This document shows positions 58,253 through 64,000 of a stretch of DNA of 64,000 bases, in pieces; positions within the stretch are counted from its first letter, which is position 1; the number at the start of each line of letters is the position of its first letter. A program made the position numbers and the translations under genes. A model generated the notes under the pieces. It ran no database searches. It was not told the DNA's origin and saw only the letters and a list, made by a program, of their open reading frames with translations. Location of the stretch: positions 140-64,139 of the forward strand of contig JAFRYG010000067.1 in assembly GCA_017441205.1 (NCBI GenBank). Reading direction: 5' to 3'. The stretch is from Pseudomonadota bacterium. Its GTDB lineage: Bacteria; Myxococcota_A; Bradymonadia; UBA4248.

Positions 58253-59482
58253 ATGGAACAGAGTTCTTTCTATTCTTCTGATTATATCACTCCTTCTCTT
58301 GCAACTGCCAATATTCGCTATGCCATTCGCGAAGTAACTGTTCGGGCCAGACAGCTGGAACGTGAAGGTCGTGATATTCTGTATCTCAATATTGGTGATC
58401 CCAATGCCTACGATTTTGATCTCGTTGAGGAAGCCAAAAAAGCGGCGATCTGGGCATTGGAACATGGCAAAAGCGGTTATGCTTCTTCCGAAGGATTGCC
58501 CGAGGCTCTCGAAGCTATCGAACGCGATGCGCATCATCGACAGCATATTCGCAATATCGTTGGAACGTTTACTGGTAACGGGGCCAGCGAATGTATCGAT
58601 CTCGCTCTGACTGCGCTCGTCAACCCGGGGGATAATGTCCTGCTTCCTTCACCGACGTATCCCCTCTATGTTTCTATATTGATGCGGCTCGGTGTTGAAG
58701 CTCGCTATTATCGGCTCGATGAAACTCGTGATTGGCAGCCGGATTTTGAACAGATGGAATCTTTGATTGATGCCAAAACCCGTGCCATCGTCGTGATCAA
58801 TCCGAATAATCCAACAGGAGCTATTTATTCCGAGGCTTGCCTCCGGACAATTATTGACATCGCCAAACGCCATAATTTGCTCATCCTGAATGATGAGATC
58901 TACGAAAGACTGATCATTGACGACGAGTATAAACATATCAGTCTGGCATCCCTGGATGATGACGTTTGCGTCATTACTTTTAATGGACTGAGTAAGGCTT
59001 ATCTGGGGCCGGGGATTCGTATGGGATGGGGCGTCATCAGCGGTCCCGATGCTCGCTTGAAGGACTATCTTGATACAATCTATCGAATGGCCAGAGCACG
59101 TCTGTGCGCAAGTCATACGTTTCAGTGGGCCATTCGGCCATGCCTGGAAGGCGGGCAGCACCATTTGCCCGGCATGCTCGAAAAACTCAGACGCCGGCGC
59201 GATGTCTTTATGAAAAAAGTCGAAGAAACTCCCGGACTTTCATGCGTGTGTACAAGAGGAACCTATTACGCTTTTGTGCGCGTCGATGGCGTGAAGGATG
59301 ATGCCAAATGGTGCAGGGATTTGCTCGAAAGCAAAGGGGTTGTCGTCGTTCCGGGATCCGGTTTCGAATATCGCGATCCCAATGCAGGCTATTTTAGAAT
59401 TGTCTTTTTGCCAAAAGAACAGATACTCTCTGATGCCTTTGAACGTATCGCAGAATTTATGCGAGAAACGTCATCCCATTAG
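58253..59482 (+). CDS. PLP-dependent aminotransferase, class I/II (AlaA/AspC-like)
   Basis: NGLSKAYLGPGIRMGWGV contains the PLP-lysine SKxxxxxGxRxGW signature. INPNNPTGA and the length also fit. Confidence 0.8.
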   Translation: MEQSSFYSSDYITPSLATANIRYAIREVTVRARQLEREGRDILYLNIGDPNAYDFDLVEEAKKAAIWALEHGKSGYASSEGLPEALEAIERDAHHRQHIRNIVGTFTGNGASECIDLALTALVNPGDNVLLPSPTYPLYVSILMRLGVEARYYRLDETRDWQPDFEQMESLIDAKTRAIVVINPNNPTGAIYSEACLRTIIDIAKRHNLLILNDEIYERLIIDDEYKHISLASLDDDVCVITFNGLSKAYLGPGIRMGWGVISGPDARLKDYLDTIYRMARARLCASHTFQWAIRPCLEGGQHHLPGMLEKLRRRRDVFMKKVEETPGLSCVCTRGTYYAFVRVDGVKDDAKWCRDLLESKGVVVVPGSGFEYRDPNAGYFRIVFLPKEQILSDAFERIAEFMRETSSH

Positions 59483-59497
59483 TTTTCATGAGTTTTT

Positions 59498-60898
59498 ATG
59501 GCTCGCATGCGTCCTCAGACAAGAATCATCGCACTCGCCGGTCCCAAAGGCGGAATCGGGCGATCGACGTGTGCTGTCGTACTGGCTCGGGCTCTGGCCG
59601 CGCGTGAACATGAGGTCCTCATCGTCGATTCGTCGCCATACGCAGGCATGGCGACAATGCTGGATTTGGAACGACAGACGGTTCATTCTCTGAATGATAT
59701 TTGTCCCGCCGGAACGTCCATAAAAGGGGTGAACTACGTCTGTATCAATGATCAGAATTCGGAAGCATTTTGCTCAAAAATGCGTGAATTGACCGAATTC
59801 GATGATATCGTGATTGACCTGGCTGCAGGCATCGGTGATCACGATTCCGATATCTTTTTGCATGCTGATTTGCCTGTGATTATCGCTGATCCGGAGCCCG
59901 TATCCATTCAGATGGCTACACTCTGGCTAAGACTTGCTTTCGTTCAAAGCATCAGAAGATTTGAGGAAAATGCCGGGCTTCTCGAAGTCCTTGAGCCACA
60001 GAAGGCTCGATGGACATTCAATTCTGTCTACCAGGCTCTGCATCCACACATGCAGTCCCGGTTCATCTCTGAACTCGCAGCTTTTCGATGCGTGTTCTTA
60101 CTCAACCACAGACGGGAAAATAGCGAATCCCTGCAGGCTCGTGCCCTGTGTCATGCCTGGGGAATGACGCTTGGATTGGATGTTCATTATCTCGGCAGTC
60201 TGCCATTTGATGAACGAAGATGGTTCTTTGCGCGTCAGTTGGCCGATGTTTCTAACTTTGTTCATGAAGATCCTCTCGTGCGCGAAATGGATTCCATCCT
60301 TAGGGATGAGCTCGAAAAAGTCAATTTTGATGAACAAAGATGTCTGCCTGTCCTGGATTGTGAACTAAAGGCGCGGGAATTCCTCGGCGCTGGTTCTCCG
60401 GAAGAGGCACGGATGATGTATCGGCTGCTTTGGGAAGGATATCGACGCGAAAATGGTTTGGTCGCAAATGTTCTGTCGCGGGAGGACATTGCGCATATTA
60501 TTTCGCAGCTCGAAATCGCATATCGACATTCCGAAAATGAGCCAAATAACGCCGACTCAAACATCACATCTGCCTGTGAGGTTCCTTCCGTTACGCGTTC
60601 GTTTTCGAACTCACTTGCCGCAGCTGGTACATTTAATCCAGACAAATGTCAGGATAACGCTGGAATATGGTTGAAGGAACAGCGGGAATTGGCTTGTTAT
60701 TCTATTGAACAGATCGCGTTTAAATCGAGAATTTCATCCAGAATACTCGAAAATCTGGAATCCTGTGCACTGGATTCGATTCCCGTTCCCAGGCTTCAGG
60801 CGTATTTGTTTGAGCTGGCAAAAATTCTTGATCTCGACTTTGATGAAGTTAAAGCGAAATTTGGCCTTACTGAAGCCAGAACTTTGAAATCACGCTGA
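59498..60898 (+). CDS. MinD/ParA-like P-loop protein with a non-canonical Walker A (GPKGGIGRST) and a C-terminal XRE-type HTH
   Basis: The N-terminus IIALAGPKGGIGRST has the deviant Walker A with Arg in place of the P-loop Lys. The C-terminus WLKEQRELACYSIEQIAFKSRISSRILENLE is Cro/C1-like. Confidence 0.6.
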   Translation: MARMRPQTRIIALAGPKGGIGRSTCAVVLARALAAREHEVLIVDSSPYAGMATMLDLERQTVHSLNDICPAGTSIKGVNYVCINDQNSEAFCSKMRELTEFDDIVIDLAAGIGDHDSDIFLHADLPVIIADPEPVSIQMATLWLRLAFVQSIRRFEENAGLLEVLEPQKARWTFNSVYQALHPHMQSRFISELAAFRCVFLLNHRRENSESLQARALCHAWGMTLGLDVHYLGSLPFDERRWFFARQLADVSNFVHEDPLVREMDSILRDELEKVNFDEQRCLPVLDCELKAREFLGAGSPEEARMMYRLLWEGYRRENGLVANVLSREDIAHIISQLEIAYRHSENEPNNADSNITSACEVPSVTRSFSNSLAAAGTFNPDKCQDNAGIWLKEQRELACYSIEQIAFKSRISSRILENLESCALDSIPVPRLQAYLFELAKILDLDFDEVKAKFGLTEARTLKSR

Positions 60899-61253
60899 GT
60901 ATTGCTGCCAGAGCAAAAAATACAAGTGCGCCTCTGCTTACGACGAAAATGTCTGTCGTAAACTCCCGAAAAAATGGCTGTATTTTGAACATTGATTTTT
61001 GTTCGGAATACTTATTTTGTATTTGGGTGCGGTTTAATTTCATAAAAGCTCCATATGATAAGACGTTTCGGTTGAGCTGAGTCGTAGCCTCACATCCTCA
61101 TGATGCCAATCAGATGGAATTGTTGCAGTTCTGCATGAAATTTTTTTGAGGAAATTTTTTACGTGTACGGGAATTAAATTCTCTAAAATTCTGGAACCGG
61201 CACATGATGCGGCAGAATATCAAGTGAATTCAAAATGATGCACTTGAATTTGT

Positions 61254-61320
61254 GGATATATCATCTGAGATGATATGGATACAATTTGTGAAATATGATA
61301 TAGATGCAATTTGTGAAATG
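61254..61320. promoter_or_regulatory. 19-bp palindrome ATATCATCTgAGATGATAT plus three direct repeats of AATTTGTGRAAT upstream of the FG-GAP lipoprotein gene
   Basis: Read directly. The site lies about 90-150 bp upstream of the ATG at 61400 in a 500-bp AT-rich ORF-free region. Confidence 0.3.
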
Positions 61321-61399
61321 AGGTTGACCCTGTTGGGAGATGATTCCTCGTACGACTGATTAAATGGACAATACCTAGGATCTTACGGAGAGCATCAAT

Positions 61400-64000
61400 A
61401 TGTCAAAGACTCGCTTGGTGAGTATTTCATTTGTCATGGCCTGTATGCTTTGCGCCTGCGGCAATGACAGTCAGACGCAATCGACATCTGACGATTCAGA
61501 ACTTTGTGGCGGAGAGCAATGCAAAAACAATCAGAAGTGCGTCAAAAACAAATGTGTTTCTGACGACGATGACAATGACGAACTGTGCAAAAAAACTCAG
61601 AACACTTGCGAGGATGACACGACACTCAAGGAATGTGTCGAGGGTAAAAAACCGGTCCTTAGGGAATGCGAAAATGGGATTTGTGAGGATGGCGAATGTC
61701 TGGAATCGCAGAATTTAGATGAAGTATGTGAGAAGACAGAAGAATATTGCCTGAGCAAGAAAGTGTTTGTTACCTGCGTCAAGGGGGAGAAACCCAAAAA
61801 ACAAAAATGCAGTGAACTCGCGGAAGGCAGCGAATGTCTCGATGGAAAGTGTACTGCCGGTGAGGTGCAGAAAGTTGGAGTGGGGGATGCCTGTTCCGAT
61901 GATGATGTATGCCCGGAAGGGGCTTATTGTGATGTGAATGGTACTCAGACATGTACAAAATATGGCGTGGTCGGCGATCCCTGCAGTGAAGAGAAATCGT
62001 GTGGCTCCAATCTGACGTGTTTTGCTGATGTTTGCTACGAAAATGTAAAAATAGGTGACCCCTGCGGCGAATATTCATTGTGTGATTCCGGCGAATGCCG
62101 CGAAGGTGTATGCGCTTCCATCTCAACGGAGTATGGCCCATGCAATGAACAGCTTGCCTGTCCGGGTGGCAGCGTTTGTATCGATAAAATTTGCGTTCCC
62201 ACAAAAGGCAATTGTACTTCGAATAAAGAATGCAAAGGCGATTCCTATTGCTGTTTGGATGAATCCTGTAAGGAAAAAAAGAATATCTGTGTGCCGTATT
62301 CCACAGAAAATCCCTACGATCCTGCCTGCGTTTTCAAAACGAAATCCGGTATTTTTGAGGCAGCTGTTCAATGTTACTGGAAGCCGACGTATCAGCCTAC
62401 TTCCGATTCGGTTACGAATACTGTCGTATCAGGAATTATTCATAACAAACAGGGAATCAAGACACCGCTTATTGTTTTTATTAGTGGAAATTACACAAGC
62501 GCTCCATTCGTTGTCAGAATTTTGAACCCTCAAACGTGTGAGGAAGTTGAAAATATTTCAGCAGGTTCGTCAGCGTCGCGTAATCTTGCACTGGCGGATT
62601 TTGATGGCGATGGTTTTATGGAGATTGTTGTCCCGGATGGTGGGCCGAGTATTTATAAGTGGGATGAGACCAAACAGAAACATACCGTGTTGAAATCCAT
62701 ATCGATTGGTGGAACTTCTTCTTATAATATTCTTGATATCGATAACGATGGCGTACCTGATTTGGTTGGCTCGAATGGATCGGTTGCCCGATCCGACGGC
62801 AAGGTTCTCTCTACACAGTCAATGTGTTCAAACCATACCTCACCGGCTGTCGGTGATTTTAATGGTGACGGAATTGTAGATATGGCCAATAATCTCGGCG
62901 TATACAAGTGGAATTCGGGTAAACATCAGTGGATGGAAATCAGTACGGTTTCGGCTGATATAGGAGACAATATTCAGGGGGCATACGCCGATTTCGGAAC
63001 ACCCGGGGCAACAGCCGATGCATTTGATTTCAATCATCTCGATGGCAAGGCAGAAGTTGTATTTACTGGATCAAGAGGATTGGTTGTTGCTGCTGTGTTC
63101 AATTCCACCGGAACCGTGTTGCCGCAAGCTCAGATTGTCATGATTAATTCATTTACAAAGGGGGGGATCTTTGGTTATCCGCCGGCAATCGGTGACTTTG
63201 ATGGCGATACTTTTCCTGAAATCGGCGTCGCGTCCAGTTCGACTTTTGGGGTTTATGACCCGGGATGTAAAGGGCCGGAGGCTGGGAAGTGCCAGAAAAA
63301 ATATGTCGCTTGGGAAAGTGAGACGAAAGATCGGTCTGGTATGGCCGGAGCTTCAGCTTTTGATTTTGACGGTGATGGAAGAATCGAGATCGTCTATGGC
63401 GATGAGTGCTTTTCCAGAGTTTATGATGGCAGAACAGGTGAAGTCCTTTTCTCAAGTTTCAGAAATTCAGGCACATCTCTCGAATATCCCACAATTGCGG
63501 ATGTCGATGGCGATGGCAGTACCGAAATCGTTATTTCTTCTGATAAGTCAAGTGCTTGCAACCTTAAGTTAGACAGTTCGCATCGGGGAGTGAAATGTGA
63601 GGATAATGAAGATTGCTATTCAGGTTCCTGCATCGGTGGACTTTGCAGATGCCAGGATGACAGCCAGTGCAATTGGCAGACGATAGATGGCGCAGTATTC
63701 AAACAGTATAGCTGTATGGAAGCACTCGCAGGGGATGAAAGCAGTGGAAAGGTTTGCCGTGCTGTTGTTGGTGAAAAAAGACCAGGTATTATGATTCTGC
63801 GCGACCGTCTCGATCGATGGGTTTCATCTAGGACTATCTGGAATCAGCACTCATATAATATTACAAATGTCGACGATGATGGCAGAATACCTAAAACCAG
63901 TGACTGGAAACTGAATTTCCAGACCGAAGGCCTCAATAATTATCGTCAGCAAAAACAAGGTGCGACAGGAACGGGGGTAGCCCCCGATATTACCGGACGC
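61400..64000 (+). CDS. 5'-partial (runs off window) lipoprotein with an N-terminal Cys-rich module and at least 7 FG-GAP / integrin-alpha-like DxDxDG repeats
   Basis: Manual translation from the ATG at 61400 gives 867 codons with no stop up to the window end. MSKTRLVSISFVMACMLCACG is a lipobox. Repeats of the form DFDGDGFMEIVV, DIDNDGVPDLV and DVDGDGSTEIVI recur. This ORF is absent from the supplied track. Confidence 0.7.
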   Translation, partial: MSKTRLVSISFVMACMLCACGNDSQTQSTSDDSELCGGEQCKNNQKCVKNKCVSDDDDNDELCKKTQNTCEDDTTLKECVEGKKPVLRECENGICEDGECLESQNLDEVCEKTEEYCLSKKVFVTCVKGEKPKKQKCSELAEGSECLDGKCTAGEVQKVGVGDACSDDDVCPEGAYCDVNGTQTCTKYGVVGDPCSEEKSCGSNLTCFADVCYENVKIGDPCGEYSLCDSGECREGVCASISTEYGPCNEQLACPGGSVCIDKICVPTKGNCTSNKECKGDSYCCLDESCKEKKNICVPYSTENPYDPACVFKTKSGIFEAAVQCYWKPTYQPTSDSVTNTVVSGIIHNKQGIKTPLIVFISGNYTSAPFVVRILNPQTCEEVENISAGSSASRNLALADFDGDGFMEIVVPDGGPSIYKWDETKQKHTVLKSISIGGTSSYNILDIDNDGVPDLVGSNGSVARSDGKVLSTQSMCSNHTSPAVGDFNGDGIVDMANNLGVYKWNSGKHQWMEISTVSADIGDNIQGAYADFGTPGATADAFDFNHLDGKAEVVFTGSRGLVVAAVFNSTGTVLPQAQIVMINSFTKGGIFGYPPAIGDFDGDTFPEIGVASSSTFGVYDPGCKGPEAGKCQKKYVAWESETKDRSGMAGASAFDFDGDGRIEIVYGDECFSRVYDGRTGEVLFSSFRNSGTSLEYPTIADVDGDGSTEIVISSDKSSACNLKLDSSHRGVKCEDNEDCYSGSCIGGLCRCQDDSQCNWQTIDGAVFKQYSCMEALAGDESSGKVCRAVVGEKRPGIMILRDRLDRWVSSRTIWNQHSYNITNVDDDGRIPKTSDWKLNFQTEGLNNYRQQKQGATGTGVAPDITGR

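Noticed and set aside
1-64000. tRNA, rRNA, transposase or integrase genes
   Set aside because: No tRNA-like acceptor or T-arm signatures, rRNA-like segments or transposase/integrase-like ORFs were recognised. The only mobile-element-like items are the short REP-like palindromes.

Overview
This is a 64-kb chromosomal window of about 50% GC with no rRNA, tRNA, CRISPR or recognisable mobile-element genes. The gene content points to a Myxococcota- or Bdellovibrionota-like (predatory delta-proteobacterium-type) genome. The basis for that inference is: Myxococcus-type cysteine-rich repeats, a DUF4388/REC-like/TPR protein, a Hanks Ser/Thr kinase, many large secreted proteases or adhesins, and MYXO-CTERM-like C-terminal tails. 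Gene order from the left is as follows. A giant metzincin lipoprotein at 447-5138. Two large TPR proteins, the first of which carries a 33-bp tandem-repeat array. An accessory block of secreted proteins at 12.5-19.2 kb: a PDZ lipoprotein, a matrixin (M10)-like protease with an upstream partner, a degenerate LytM/Cys-rich protein, a CAP/SCP protein and a pseudo-PHP protein. Three of these share a Cys-x3-Pro / transmembrane / Arg-cluster C-terminal tag. A class II B12-dependent ribonucleotide reductase (nrdJ). A 1.3-kaa multi-domain (PPC/CARDB-like) surface lipoprotein and a 931-aa Myxococcus-cysteine-rich-repeat lipoprotein. A minus-strand operon encoding a type II secretion / pseudopilus-like module in canonical gspH-I-J-K-L-M-(N) order, translationally coupled at its 5' end to an unusually large (1172 aa) Omp85/BamA-family POTRA beta-barrel, with a tail-anchored Ser/Thr kinase immediately upstream. 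Then housekeeping genes: a DUF486 (DMT-superfamily) membrane protein, a metallophosphoesterase, lnt, def, an EamA transporter, tsaC, a nuclease of the endonuclease/exonuclease/phosphatase (EEP) family, an ATP-grasp enzyme, an aminotransferase and a MinD/ParA-like protein with an HTH. There is also a membrane protein with a histidine-kinase-type ATPase fold and an ~800-aa extracytoplasmic region, and a Cys-rich secreted protein. A long ORF that the supplied track misses starts at 61400 and runs off the window end; it encodes an FG-GAP/Cys-rich lipoprotein. Intergenic regions are studded with at least three families of palindromic repeat elements. One is a perfect 20-22-bp palindrome AGACGTGTCGCGACACGTCT in at least 7 copies. 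One is a C-run-associated TATTGSC...GSCAATA palindrome family in at least 10 copies, two of which sit inside ORFs. The third is a set of paired hairpins with a conserved TATTTCATAC loop.
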